Below, in pieces: positions 27,810 to 37,327 of a stretch of DNA of 64,000 nucleotides. Every line of letters starts with the position of its first letter. Position 1 is the stretch's first letter. Position numbers and translations under genes: made by a program. A model generated the notes under the pieces. That model worked only from the letters and a program-made list of their open reading frames with translations, was not told the DNA's origin and made no database searches. Source of the stretch: an uncultured virus (IMG/VR IMGVR_UViG_3300046168_000051) (taxonomy: Duplodnaviria > Heunggongvirae > Uroviricota > Caudoviricetes); IMG/VR virus record IMGVR_UViG_3300046168_000051. One strand, written 5' to 3'.

Positions 27810-28470
27810 GTTCAAGCATCCAGTAGTGCAGTGGGCACACGAACACCCTATTCTCTTCGCTCTCTTTGGTACAACCATTTTCTTCTATCTTCCAGCTAGA
27901 GTAATTGGGAAAACAATTCGCACAGTTAAACATGGAGACCCTAGCTTAGGTAGTGTTCCTGGTCTAATGTCTGAAGCAGAAAGAAGCCGCTTTACAGGAA
28001 GTGGGCAACTAAACATGAACCAACTCGGAGCTATACCTGCCCCTAGCAACGGTCCTATTACTGGTGGCGCTCTTTTCCGTTCTATCCATGAAGAAATGCT
28101 AGATAGTGCAGAACGAGGAGAAATCCCTAAAGAGCATGTACAGTATTATACTACGGCCAAGTACAACAAGCTCATGAACGATGGCCAATACAATATTGTC
28201 ATTAAGACTGCACCTGGACCTGACCAAGGAAAGAATCCTGGGGACTTCTATCGAGACTCTCGACACAACCAATTCATCTCCTCACATTCGTATAAGCATG
28301 CAAACCCATACGACCCTAGTAAGGCCTTACCTAATCAAGTACCAGTAGGAAAGTCATACAGTGAAATGTCATCTTCTCCTGGTTCTTTCTCAGTTAACCC
28401 ATCTGTCAAAGCCCTACTAGGCGAGAACAGTGTATTTGCGGGACTAGGCGCAGTGCAAAAACTCAGGTGA
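27802..28470 (+). CDS. Membrane protein with (L/F)G motifs
   Basis: GAGGTGA SD; N-terminal TM; SLGS, QLGA, FAGLGA. Confidence 0.7.
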   Translation: MAKFKHPVVQWAHEHPILFALFGTTIFFYLPARVIGKTIRTVKHGDPSLGSVPGLMSEAERSRFTGSGQLNMNQLGAIPAPSNGPITGGALFRSIHEEMLDSAERGEIPKEHVQYYTTAKYNKLMNDGQYNIVIKTAPGPDQGKNPGDFYRDSRHNQFISSHSYKHANPYDPSKALPNQVPVGKSYSEMSSSPGSFSVNPSVKALLGENSVFAGLGAVQKLR

Positions 28471-28474
28471 TTAG

Positions 28475-29437
28475 ATGAAGATGCACAGCGACTTAGGAAA
28501 GATGTACCGCCGCAACTACATGGTGAAGTCTCAACTTAGGTCTTTAGAAGACAAGTCTCGTGCTCTTAACTCCAAAATCGATGGAGAAACAAAGATAGAC
28601 GAATGGGCTGAATCTTACATTACTCGTGCCGATGCTCAGATAGATGATGTTAGCGATTACATGCAATACCGCAATCTTGGAGGACTAGCAAAAGCAACAG
28701 GCCATGTAAGGGGCCCAGCTCCGCAGACAAGAGCATTACCAGCTCCTAGCCTACCTCACTATGGACAACAGCGCCAACCAGCGCCACAACCTTCGCAACC
28801 AACGCCACAACCTTCGCAACCAACTACTGGTTATAGCACAGCTAAGAGCTTCATTGATAGCATGCCTATGGAGCTTCAGGTCCCCTTTAGAAAAATTCAT
28901 CGACAAACCGATTTTGCCAATGTAGACAACGCAATCGGAAATTATACTGCTACAACTTTAATCAAAGATAACTTTGCTCGGAACAAGGGCAATGTCCACG
29001 AGCTAGTCGATGGCAATGACAAGTGGTCTAGGGAGTCTAAGAAATATGCTGATGATAACAAAGTTTCACATTCAAAATTAATTTCCTTAATGGAGGCATG
29101 GAAAAATTCAACTGTGAAATCAGTAGTGGAATCTTCACCAAGTCCTGACGAGGTGGAAGAAGCAATACGACTATCCAAAGGCAGCAACCTAGGATTTAGT
29201 ACCATGGACCTTCCTCTTGTAGGAGCTGGAAATACTCTCGGAAGCTCACTAGGACTAGGAGCTATGGCCGCGGTCTTAGGGGCAGTTACTTACAACGAAT
29301 ACAGAAGCAAGGGCACTGTGCGCGCTATATTGATGCCTCGACTTAAACAGGCAGGTGTCTATGGTGTTGCTGGTATTGGGCTGGCATTACTTTACCAATC
29401 AATAGTAGGCACCGGTCAGAAAACGGGGTGGTACTAA
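28475..29437 (+). CDS. Membrane protein with helical N-domain, Pro/Gln linker and two C-terminal TMs
   Basis: 320 aa; PQPSQPT repeat (21-bp tandem at 28782-28823); NLGG and NLGF motifs. Confidence 0.7.
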   Translation: MKMHSDLGKMYRRNYMVKSQLRSLEDKSRALNSKIDGETKIDEWAESYITRADAQIDDVSDYMQYRNLGGLAKATGHVRGPAPQTRALPAPSLPHYGQQRQPAPQPSQPTPQPSQPTTGYSTAKSFIDSMPMELQVPFRKIHRQTDFANVDNAIGNYTATTLIKDNFARNKGNVHELVDGNDKWSRESKKYADDNKVSHSKLISLMEAWKNSTVKSVVESSPSPDEVEEAIRLSKGSNLGFSTMDLPLVGAGNTLGSSLGLGAMAAVLGAVTYNEYRSKGTVRAILMPRLKQAGVYGVAGIGLALLYQSIVGTGQKTGWY

Positions 29438-30045
29438 TGATTCCTAGCAGAAAAGAAATGATGGCTTATTGGTTTGAACATCCTATCGCTGGTACATTCA
29501 TTGCATTCGGTATGGTCGAAGGAATCAAAACCGTTTGGGAATCGTTTGTCAATCCCAAAGGAAGAAGCCCATTTAGCACCTACACGGATGTAAGAAGCGG
29601 AGATGTTCTTGATACCTTAGGAGAAGCACCTACTGTGGCAGACCTTCAAGACCATCACGATAGGTTCCACTATGAAAATCATAAGAACATAAAAGATGAA
29701 ACAGAAGGAGACTTCGCGGGCTTTGGTTCCACTTCAACTACTACTTCGACTTCATCTGCTCACGGTGGAACTACGCGTACTAACGCCGGTTCAACCTGGG
29801 ACAAGCAGAAGATGCCAGGAGAAAGAGCCGAGATGTTCGGAGGAAAGAAGAAAGGTTCTGTACTAATGGGCCCACCTTCTATGCGCCGTCGTATTTCTCT
29901 TAACTCTATTACTCTTGGTGGCCTCCACAACGCTCCACAGAAACTAGGGCAAGTGGAAGAGTCCCTCCCTACTTCTGAGCACTTCGGTATGATTAACATG
30001 ATGCCTGAACAATCAGATGACGCAACAGACAACCCATGGGTGTGA
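29437..30045 (+). CDS. Membrane-associated protein with many (L/F/M)G motifs
   Basis: TAATG coupling; N-terminus resembles that of 27802 (W--EHPI); TLGE, FAGFG, TLGG, KLGQ, HFGM. Confidence 0.7.
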   Translation: MIPSRKEMMAYWFEHPIAGTFIAFGMVEGIKTVWESFVNPKGRSPFSTYTDVRSGDVLDTLGEAPTVADLQDHHDRFHYENHKNIKDETEGDFAGFGSTSTTTSTSSAHGGTTRTNAGSTWDKQKMPGERAEMFGGKKKGSVLMGPPSMRRRISLNSITLGGLHNAPQKLGQVEESLPTSEHFGMINMMPEQSDDATDNPWV

Positions 30046-30049
30046 TATT

Positions 30050-30517
30050 ATGAACCCGCACAATAGCCTAACACACTTTGAATTTTCCGAAATAAACAAC
30101 CATGTTCTAAAGAACCGCGGTACAGTAGCAGCTCCTCGTAGCAAGCGTAATGTTCGCTATGTTGCACCTAGAGATTTGCCTAACAGTACATTTGGAGGCT
30201 TTGGAGGTACTTCACTACACAATGGTACAGCTACACTAGACTTACCTGACAGTATGTTTGGTGAACTTACCAAAGGCGAAGGACTCTTTCTAGGAGCTTC
30301 GGCACCGTTTATCATCGGAGGCACTGCGTTGTTCTATGCAGGAGCCGGTATGCTTTCAGCTTGGAGCCAGGAGTTCTTCATTGGTAACAAGAGAAGTCTA
30401 GCTTGGAAGACTATCGCTAAGAGAAACGCTGCGCTTGGGGCTGTATTCGGAGTTCTTGCAGTAGGAGGCTTAACAGCTACTCTTGCAGCACCGAAAGACT
30501 CACAACAACAATTCTGA
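30050..30517 (+). CDS. Membrane protein (two C-terminal TMs)
   Basis: ATG 30050 after GGGTGTGA; FGGFGG and MFGE motifs. Confidence 0.7.
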   Translation: MNPHNSLTHFEFSEINNHVLKNRGTVAAPRSKRNVRYVAPRDLPNSTFGGFGGTSLHNGTATLDLPDSMFGELTKGEGLFLGASAPFIIGGTALFYAGAGMLSAWSQEFFIGNKRSLAWKTIAKRNAALGAVFGVLAVGGLTATLAAPKDSQQQF

Positions 30518-30562
30518 CTTAGCTTACGCTAAGAGAGTTGTTTCAGTAAGAGTAAGTTAACT

Positions 30563-30736
30563 TCACTCAGGCTTGGCTAGTCCGCCGGAAGAGATTCCAA
30601 GGAGGTCGACTTGCTTCTTCATGCTTGCGATTCCTTCTTCAATTCCAACATTTGCGATAACGCGTGTCAAAGTTGTCTTGACGCCATCGTACACTAGTTC
30701 CATGCTTACAGTTGTTTCATTCATTTCTTTTGCCAT
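30563..30736 (-). CDS. 57-aa hypothetical protein (not in the ORF track)
   Basis: AGGTGA SD and TAATG coupling; MAKEMNETTVSMELVYDGV... Confidence 0.55.
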   Translation of the reverse strand: MAKEMNETTVSMELVYDGVKTTLTRVIANVGIEEGIASMKKQVDLLGISSGGLAKPE

Positions 30737-31347
30737 TATTCATCACCTTTGGTTTTTTTGGGTTTTTTGCGGAACCTTGGCATCTTCTGTTCATCCTTGT
30801 TGGGTTTCCATGTTATTGTACTTGGGTCCGACTTGGCTATGCCATTTTCCGCTATGTTACTACGCACTGTCTTCTTGGCTTTATATGTTTTGGCGCGGAG
30901 CTTAGCATTAGGGTCATATTTCTCTTGTCCCTTTCTTAGGCCAACAGCGTGTTCATTCGACCAACCAATAGCATGTTGAAGTTCTTTAGAACGATGTTCA
31001 GGGCGGTCTAGGCCATCCCCCATCATTTCGTCCCAAGGTCGACCCAAGCATGGTACCGAACCTGCGGTTTTCTTCCAATCACAAGACACACACTCAACAG
31101 TTCCTTGGTGAGTCCATAGCTGAGTTTGTCCAGTAGTGGAAGTACGAGCCGACTCAACAGCACCTACTCTCCAAAAGAACCTAATCTCCATATGGCCACA
31201 CTTAGGACAGAAGAATGGCTTCTTAGTCCCAGGAATCATTACCTGTTCGCCTTCATCTGTAATCTTACCCGCTTTGATATCTTCACAGACAGGGCAACGC
31301 TTGTTTAAGTCCCATTCTTTACCCTTTACTCTCTCGTCGTGTGCCAT
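30736..31347 (-). CDS. Zinc-finger protein with basic tail
   Basis: CPVC, CPKC and CVSC pairs. Confidence 0.7.
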   Translation of the reverse strand: MAHDERVKGKEWDLNKRCPVCEDIKAGKITDEGEQVMIPGTKKPFFCPKCGHMEIRFFWRVGAVESARTSTTGQTQLWTHQGTVECVSCDWKKTAGSVPCLGRPWDEMMGDGLDRPEHRSKELQHAIGWSNEHAVGLRKGQEKYDPNAKLRAKTYKAKKTVRSNIAENGIAKSDPSTITWKPNKDEQKMPRFRKKPKKTKGDE

Positions 31348-31586
31348 TATTCCTTCCCCTCCAAGGTAAAGCCGAACCCGGTATCTATTGGGTTATTGGC
31401 CATTGAATTTAGCATTATCTCCATCCATGCTGCCATAGAAAGATAGGCAAGAGACTTACTAGCACCCTTGAAACTAAATGCGGTTCCATTACCAGCTCCT
31501 ACTGCAATTAGTACATCCTCGACTCCGACTTCTGCCAGTCGAGACCTGCATTCGTCAATAATAGCCATAGCTGCTTCGTTTGTCAT
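31347..31586 (-). CDS. Hypothetical protein
   Basis: Translationally coupled on both sides; GAGGAGG SD. Confidence 0.6.
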   Translation of the reverse strand: MTNEAAMAIIDECRSRLAEVGVEDVLIAVGAGNGTAFSFKGASKSLAYLSMAAWMEIMLNSMANNPIDTGFGFTLEGKE

Positions 31587-32041
31587 TCCTCCTCACCTAT
31601 CCCTGCGCTGTTTTTCAGTGCGCTGCGAACACCCTTAATATCTGCTTGATGTGCTACTTCTAACTCATCGTCAAAGCCGTAGTAGTTCCATGACTTTAGG
31701 AAACTCTTGATACGAGAAATGTAAGAAGGAGCGTCACTTATCCACGGCTCTTTATTACGAGTTAGAAAAGAGATAGCCTTCTTTCTTTTAGGTAGCCAGC
31801 ACTTATGGCACATACATACTTGAGCGTTATGGAGTCGATAGCGAATAACAACATCTTCCTCTTCTTCATCTTCTTCCTCAGCTTTTTTACGACCTTGATA
31901 TTCCTGCAAGTCTTCATCTTCCCAAACTTCTTCGTACTCTTCGTACTCCGCAGTTTCGAGAACATGGCTTCTCGTTCCCGCCCCGCATTCGATGCATGGA
32001 ACAAAACTACCCTTGACTTCCGGTCGTTCAATTATTCGCAT
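31583..32041 (-). CDS. Zinc-finger protein with acidic insert
   Basis: CIEC ... acidic tract ... CHKC. Confidence 0.65.
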   Translation of the reverse strand: MRIIERPEVKGSFVPCIECGAGTRSHVLETAEYEEYEEVWEDEDLQEYQGRKKAEEEDEEEEDVVIRYRLHNAQVCMCHKCWLPKRKKAISFLTRNKEPWISDAPSYISRIKSFLKSWNYYGFDDELEVAHQADIKGVRSALKNSAGIGEEE

Positions 32042-32049
32042 AGTGACTA

Positions 32050-32601
32050 ATGAGATTCGCTATGACCATAAACGAGAGGTCTATGGTAATGGTAAGGCCT
32101 ATTAGCACGAACGACATGAGCCGTAACATGGCCGATAAGACCACTATTACTGCACCAAGCTCCGCCCGACAGGGAAATGTACCTATTGGCGCAGAAGTTA
32201 CTGCTGGGTCTAACACCGGCAAGCTTCGTGTATTTGATACTGGTGTGGATTCATTTCCTGACTTGAGCGGAGCCGGAGGCGACCTAGCATCCGGCTTCCA
32301 CGCACTCTTAGTTGACAAAGACCTTGGTGCTCAAAGTCTAGATGTTCTTTACGCCGGTCGTGCTGGCCAACCTCTTGTCCCTATCAAGGCGAAGCGAAGT
32401 ATTACCCTATTGGCAGATACTGCAAACACGCAGTTAGTAATGGTCGGAGATTCAGCCACAGCCGCCAACGCAACAGCCGCTGACCGAATTGGTTTCCCAC
32501 TTTCTGCTGGGGCATCAATTACCCTCGAAATTATTCACGGGTCTCAAATCTTCCTTGACTGTATTACCGCTGACTGTGTAGTTTATTGGATTGCTGTTTG
32601 A
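32050..32601 (+). CDS. Putative structural protein with beta-sandwich C-terminus (start may be 32116 or 32128)
   Basis: SITLLAD-AN---VMVG...GFPLSAGASITL pattern typical of small jelly-roll virion proteins. Confidence 0.6.
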   Translation: MRFAMTINERSMVMVRPISTNDMSRNMADKTTITAPSSARQGNVPIGAEVTAGSNTGKLRVFDTGVDSFPDLSGAGGDLASGFHALLVDKDLGAQSLDVLYAGRAGQPLVPIKAKRSITLLADTANTQLVMVGDSATAANATAADRIGFPLSAGASITLEIIHGSQIFLDCITADCVVYWIAV

Positions 32602-32611
32602 GGTGGTCTAA

Positions 32612-34318
32612 TTGCCATCAGTCGGAACCCCAGCCGGAGTCAACTACACAACTCTTGCTAACATAAGTGGAACTGCTCAAAGTGGGGCGACAGCTGTAAC
32701 AGCTACTACGACTCTTAACCACGGTTTGGTAATAGGACAACTAATTACGATTTCTGGGAGTAGTGTGTCCGGCCACAACGGGGACTTCGAAGTTGCAGAC
32801 CAAAATGGAAGCACTCAGTTCATCTATCTCGCTGGTTCGGCTGCTAGCGCTAATGGTGGTGCTGCAACTGTACTGAGTCGTGATAATGAGTTCTCAAGTG
32901 GCTTAGTCGCGGGAGATAATATTCAATTCACAAAGAAAGGCAATCGATTACAGATTACTGGGGCTAGTGGCGGTGGCGGTAGTGGAAACACCTTAGACGG
33001 AGCCTACGACCAAGGTGGTTCAGGTAGTGGAAGGACTATTGCCGCTAACAATGGAGCTGTTGCTATTACCGTAGCAGATAGCTCTAACAATAACGCCCTG
33101 GAAATTACTCAAAGTGATGACACCAATAACAAAGATGGAATTAAGGTAACCACAGAAGGAACCGGAGCCGGAGTTAGAATAAAGGCAGGGGCAAGTGATA
33201 CTGCGAAATTCGTCATCGAAGACGACGGTGCGGACGCTAGCCTAACTACAACAGTTGCGGACAATGCAGGCGCTACGATTTCAGCGACCAACACATTGGA
33301 ACTAAATGCGGGTGATGCGATTACAATTCAACCAACCGGTGCTGCAAGCATAAATCTCGTCACAAATGGAAGTATTGCTATTGCACAGAGTGCTAAAGGT
33401 ATACACATGGGAGGGGATGAACCAAGCGGGGGCTTTTCTGACGGTAGTCTTTCGGTTGGCCCCAATACTGAGGTAGACAATTTTGGCGTCGCAATTGGCG
33501 AAGGTAACATAGTCACCTCAGGACTTGGTAGCCTAGCAGTGGGTAGGAACCATATTTTGGGTGGACTACGGTCTATGTGTTTGGGGGACGCTGCTGAAAG
33601 CGGCAATTATACCTCTTCCCCTATTCTCGCCATGTCTGATGGTACTGCACAGGGTGGTACATTTTCTAAGAATACTTTGGTATTAGATAGCGGGGCCCAA
33701 TATGGTTCGGGTTCACCTCCAAGTGGAAGTGGCCCAATCGGTGGGGGTGGTAGTGCTGGAGCAAGCGTAATCGCCGGAAGTGCCGGAAAGGGCAACATCT
33801 ATCTAGAAAGTGGTACGGTATTCAGTGGTTCTGCTGACTATGCAGAACTGTTTGAATGGGATGATGGCAATAGTAATGCCGCAGACCGTCGTGGGTTTTT
33901 CGTATCTCTTGTCAATGGAAATAAAATAGAAATTGGCAACACCAACATTGTAGGGATTGTATCTGCTCGCCCAGTAGTTTTAGGCGACGCAGCTATGCTA
34001 GGTTGGCAGGGGCGATATATACTCGACGACTTTGGCGCCCAGGAACAAGAACTCAGGGATGGAGTGATGGTCCCTAAAGTAAATCCAAACTACAACCCGC
34101 AAACCGTGTATACTCCTCGTGTCCAACGCAAAGAGTGGTCCCCGGTGGGGCTATTAGGTAAGCTATTTGTACGCTCGGCTCAAACCTTGACCGCTGGTTC
34201 TAAATGCACTAGCAACTCTTCGGGCTATGCCGTTAGTGGAAATGACTACCACATACTGCGGGTCATGCGTCAGCCAACTAACACGCTATATGGAATAGTC
34301 GAAATTTTAATGAAGTGA
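32612..34318 (+). CDS. Spike/fibre protein with C-terminal intramolecular-chaperone (peptidase G2-like) autocleavage domain
   Basis: Gly/Ser/Thr-rich beta repeats; SADYAELFEW...GIVS...RKEWSPVGLLGK. Confidence 0.8.
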   Translation: MPSVGTPAGVNYTTLANISGTAQSGATAVTATTTLNHGLVIGQLITISGSSVSGHNGDFEVADQNGSTQFIYLAGSAASANGGAATVLSRDNEFSSGLVAGDNIQFTKKGNRLQITGASGGGGSGNTLDGAYDQGGSGSGRTIAANNGAVAITVADSSNNNALEITQSDDTNNKDGIKVTTEGTGAGVRIKAGASDTAKFVIEDDGADASLTTTVADNAGATISATNTLELNAGDAITIQPTGAASINLVTNGSIAIAQSAKGIHMGGDEPSGGFSDGSLSVGPNTEVDNFGVAIGEGNIVTSGLGSLAVGRNHILGGLRSMCLGDAAESGNYTSSPILAMSDGTAQGGTFSKNTLVLDSGAQYGSGSPPSGSGPIGGGGSAGASVIAGSAGKGNIYLESGTVFSGSADYAELFEWDDGNSNAADRRGFFVSLVNGNKIEIGNTNIVGIVSARPVVLGDAAMLGWQGRYILDDFGAQEQELRDGVMVPKVNPNYNPQTVYTPRVQRKEWSPVGLLGKLFVRSAQTLTAGSKCTSNSSGYAVSGNDYHILRVMRQPTNTLYGIVEILMK

Positions 34319-34322
34319 TACA

Positions 34323-34619
34323 ATGGCCTTACAAATGCAAATTTCTTTCCCAAAATACGGCTTTAGTGCTCCTACTGCTTACCTACAAGTCAGTACTATA
34401 CAGGTGATTGAGACTGATAATGATTGGATTGCTACTTTCAAGCTTAAGGTGTATTTTAGCGCAGCAGCTAAAACAAGCGGCAAAGCCCCAATAGAAGAAA
34501 CTTACCACACCTATACTTACTCTATTTCTAGCGCAGGTCAAGACCAATACAACGCGGTAAAGCAGGCTTACGAATATCTCAAAACACTTTCACAGTTTTC
34601 TAGCGCTACGGATGTTTAA
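34323..34619 (+). CDS. Small fibre-associated protein
   Basis: MAL...AY...QAYEYLKTL-FS-ATDV pattern that I recall downstream of viral fibre genes. Confidence 0.65.
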   Translation: MALQMQISFPKYGFSAPTAYLQVSTIQVIETDNDWIATFKLKVYFSAAAKTSGKAPIEETYHTYTYSISSAGQDQYNAVKQAYEYLKTLSQFSSATDV

Positions 34620-34629
34620 CGCCCGTTTC

Positions 34630-34636
34630 CTTTATC
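34630..34636 (+). promoter_or_regulatory. Archaeal TATA-box-like element
   Basis: CTTTATC whose first T is 31 nt before the thermosome ATG. Confidence 0.55.
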
Positions 34637-34661
34637 GTCACCCCCAAGCTGAACAGTAACT

Positions 34662-36212
34662 ATGACAGTCACGGACGCGACGCAACAAACCTCTCAAACT
34701 GCACTCTCAATGAACATTGAACACGCACAGGTCGTAGCAAATACGGTGCGTAGTACGCTTGGCCCAAAGGGTCTTGACAAGATGCTTACTGACGCTGGCG
34801 GGCGAGTTACCATTACTAACGATGGGGCTACTATCCTCCGCAATGTAAACTGGGTTTCGCCAATCGCAAAGAAAATTGTCGAAGTAGCCAGGACACAGGA
34901 AGAACAGTGCTATGACGGGACTACAACTGCTATTATTCTAACCGCCGAGCTTCTAAAGAAAGCACAGCTATTGCTCGAAAGCGGGGTTCACCCGACCACT
35001 ATTGTTGAGGGCTATCGCAACGCATCTTTGAAAGGTAAGGAGTTACTTACCAAAATGACAGTCGACCCAAATGAAGAGAGGCTACTTTCGATTGCAAAGA
35101 CGGCTATGACTGGTAAAAGTGCTGAAGGAGAGCGAGACCATCTAGCTCGATTGTGCCTCGAAGTCATCGAAGCATCGCGTCCTGAAGCAGTCCATATCAT
35201 GACCCGAACCGGTTCTCCAATCTCCGAATCCTTTTCACCGAATGGAATTGTCGTAGGCCGACAGAAAATCCATTCCGCTATGGACACTGAATTGACACAT
35301 GTCAAAGTTGCACTCATTGACGGTGGTCTCGAACTGGAAGGATTTGGCCAGGGAGTTAACCTCAACCTTCAATCCTATGGGGAGTCTGTTGAGTACCAAA
35401 AGGGTCGCAAAGAAGCCTTGAAGACTATGGCAGACCACTTAATCAGCCTAGGTGCAAACCTAGTACTCGTCACTAAGAACATCGACCCATGGATTGCAGA
35501 ATACCTAGCTCGTAACAATGTCGTTGCTTCCCGACGCTGTGCCGCTTCGAATTTAGAAGCAGTGGCTCAGGCTACTAACGGTCTTATTGTCTCCGGGCAC
35601 GAAGACCTTGAAGAGAACGACTTGGGAGTAGCAGGGCGAATGGAAGAAATCCTCCAAGAAGGCCAACCTCCATTCATGCTCTTGCACGATACACCTAACG
35701 ATGATGCTTCTTCCCTGGTTATCTGTGCCCCTACCGAGGAAGTCGCAAATGAGATTCGTCGGGCAATGGACGACGCTATGGGAGTAGTATGGGTTGCTAA
35801 GAATAGTAAGAAGATTGTTCCTGGTGGTGGAGCTCCTCAAGTAGCTATGGCCAACTCCCTGCGCGCACACGCCGCTTCAGTGGGAGGCCGTGAATCTCTA
35901 GCAGTCTCCGCATTCGCAGAAGCCCTAGAAATTGTTCCCCGTACTCTAGCTGAAAATGCTGGACTATCACCTATTGACACCCTGATGGACCTTCGTAAGG
36001 CCCATAGTAGCTCGGATGGAAAGACTTCTAGTATGAGTTATGGGCTCAATGTATATAGCGGAGAAGTTGTTGATATGCTATCTGAGGGCGTAATCGAGCC
36101 CGAAAAGGTTGTTAGGCAAGCTATGGAGTCTGCTACGGAAACAGCAGTAATGGTTTTGCGTATTGACGATATTATTAGTGCCAAAGAACCTGAAATCGAA
36201 GACATGATGTGA
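34662..36212 (+). CDS. ths: Group II chaperonin (thermosome subunit)
   Basis: RSTLGPKGLDKML, TNDGATIL, DGTTTA, VPGGGA, PRTLAENAG, VLRIDDII. Confidence 0.95.
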   Translation: MTVTDATQQTSQTALSMNIEHAQVVANTVRSTLGPKGLDKMLTDAGGRVTITNDGATILRNVNWVSPIAKKIVEVARTQEEQCYDGTTTAIILTAELLKKAQLLLESGVHPTTIVEGYRNASLKGKELLTKMTVDPNEERLLSIAKTAMTGKSAEGERDHLARLCLEVIEASRPEAVHIMTRTGSPISESFSPNGIVVGRQKIHSAMDTELTHVKVALIDGGLELEGFGQGVNLNLQSYGESVEYQKGRKEALKTMADHLISLGANLVLVTKNIDPWIAEYLARNNVVASRRCAASNLEAVAQATNGLIVSGHEDLEENDLGVAGRMEEILQEGQPPFMLLHDTPNDDASSLVICAPTEEVANEIRRAMDDAMGVVWVAKNSKKIVPGGGAPQVAMANSLRAHAASVGGRESLAVSAFAEALEIVPRTLAENAGLSPIDTLMDLRKAHSSSDGKTSSMSYGLNVYSGEVVDMLSEGVIEPEKVVRQAMESATETAVMVLRIDDIISAKEPEIEDMM

Positions 36213-36216
36213 TACA

Positions 36217-37020
36217 ATGCAAGGAATGCCAATAGGAACAAACCCCCTACTCGAAACAATGATGTTCGGAAACGGGGCTCAAGAAATGACCGATGAAATG
36301 CAAGAATACAGGGAGAAGATGAAGGAGTCGGAATTGCGCCTACTAGGTACGATGCTCTTTCAGTCGGTCTTACTAGCATTCTGTATTCTTCTCTATGTCA
36401 ATTGGAGCTGGAGTCACTTCGACAATTCCTATGAATCTGCTATCTTTTACGGCTTTGCTGGTTTTTCTGTACAGGCAGCGTTTTACTTTGTTTATCGCGC
36501 AGTCTTTGAAGATTCCAGTGACCACCGACGACAGTTAAAACGCATGCGTAACAAAAACCGTCAGCGTATGGCACACCTCAAGTTTGAGCAAGAGAAAGCT
36601 CAGCTCGAAACGGTTCTTGGCCAACAGATGGGCATTTACCAGCGCAATCTCGGAGCTGCCATGGCAGACAATGTAATTACTCCTCAAGAATCCGAGGTGT
36701 TAGCGGGAAACTTAGGGGAAATCCAACAACTAATGGGTCAGATTCAACAGCTATCCGCTATGCAAGGACAGCCTATGCCACAAGCCCAACCAATGCAGCA
36801 AAGGTACCAACAACAGGCCCAATTAACTCCGGAATCTTTGGGAATAGACCGACACCGCATAATGGGAATACCAGTTGGACCGAAACTAACCTTGGACCCA
36901 TCCTTGCCGAAATCCTCTCCCGACTCGACAGTATTGAATCTATCTCCACAGGGCACACAAGACCAAATAGCGACACAAAAAGCGGCACAGCTAGAACAAG
37001 CCGCCGAGAATCTGCAATGA
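36217..37020 (+). CDS. Two-TM + coiled-coil protein with Gln-rich tail
   Basis: Two hydrophobic helices, heptad region, Q/P/M-rich C-terminus. Confidence 0.75.
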   Translation: MQGMPIGTNPLLETMMFGNGAQEMTDEMQEYREKMKESELRLLGTMLFQSVLLAFCILLYVNWSWSHFDNSYESAIFYGFAGFSVQAAFYFVYRAVFEDSSDHRRQLKRMRNKNRQRMAHLKFEQEKAQLETVLGQQMGIYQRNLGAAMADNVITPQESEVLAGNLGEIQQLMGQIQQLSAMQGQPMPQAQPMQQRYQQQAQLTPESLGIDRHRIMGIPVGPKLTLDPSLPKSSPDSTVLNLSPQGTQDQIATQKAAQLEQAAENLQ

Positions 37021-37104
37021 GCTGTAATGCCCTAACCCTTGAAGGGGAGGGCTGTACTAGGAGAGTCAAAGGCGGCGGTAACTGCTGGCAACACAGGTGA
37101 TGAC

Positions 37105-37323
37105 ATGGGCGTAATTTTTCGTGATGAATACGATGACCAACAAGAATCATTGATGAAGAGTATAGCAATTGGTAACACCTGGCAATTCCGCATTTTCAAA
37201 GTCAAGGCGTTAGTATGGGGAAGTATAGCCAGTCTAGCAACTGGAGGCACAGCTTTACTTATCGACTATGCAGTATACAAGTTTACAGACTCCCCTAACA
37301 TAATTGTGTGGCTCCTGGGGTGA
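37105..37323 (+). CDS. Small membrane protein
   Basis: AGGTGA SD + ATG 37105; hydrophobic C-terminal half. Confidence 0.65.
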   Translation: MGVIFRDEYDDQQESLMKSIAIGNTWQFRIFKVKALVWGSIASLATGGTALLIDYAVYKFTDSPNIIVWLLG

Positions 37324-37327
37324 ATAA

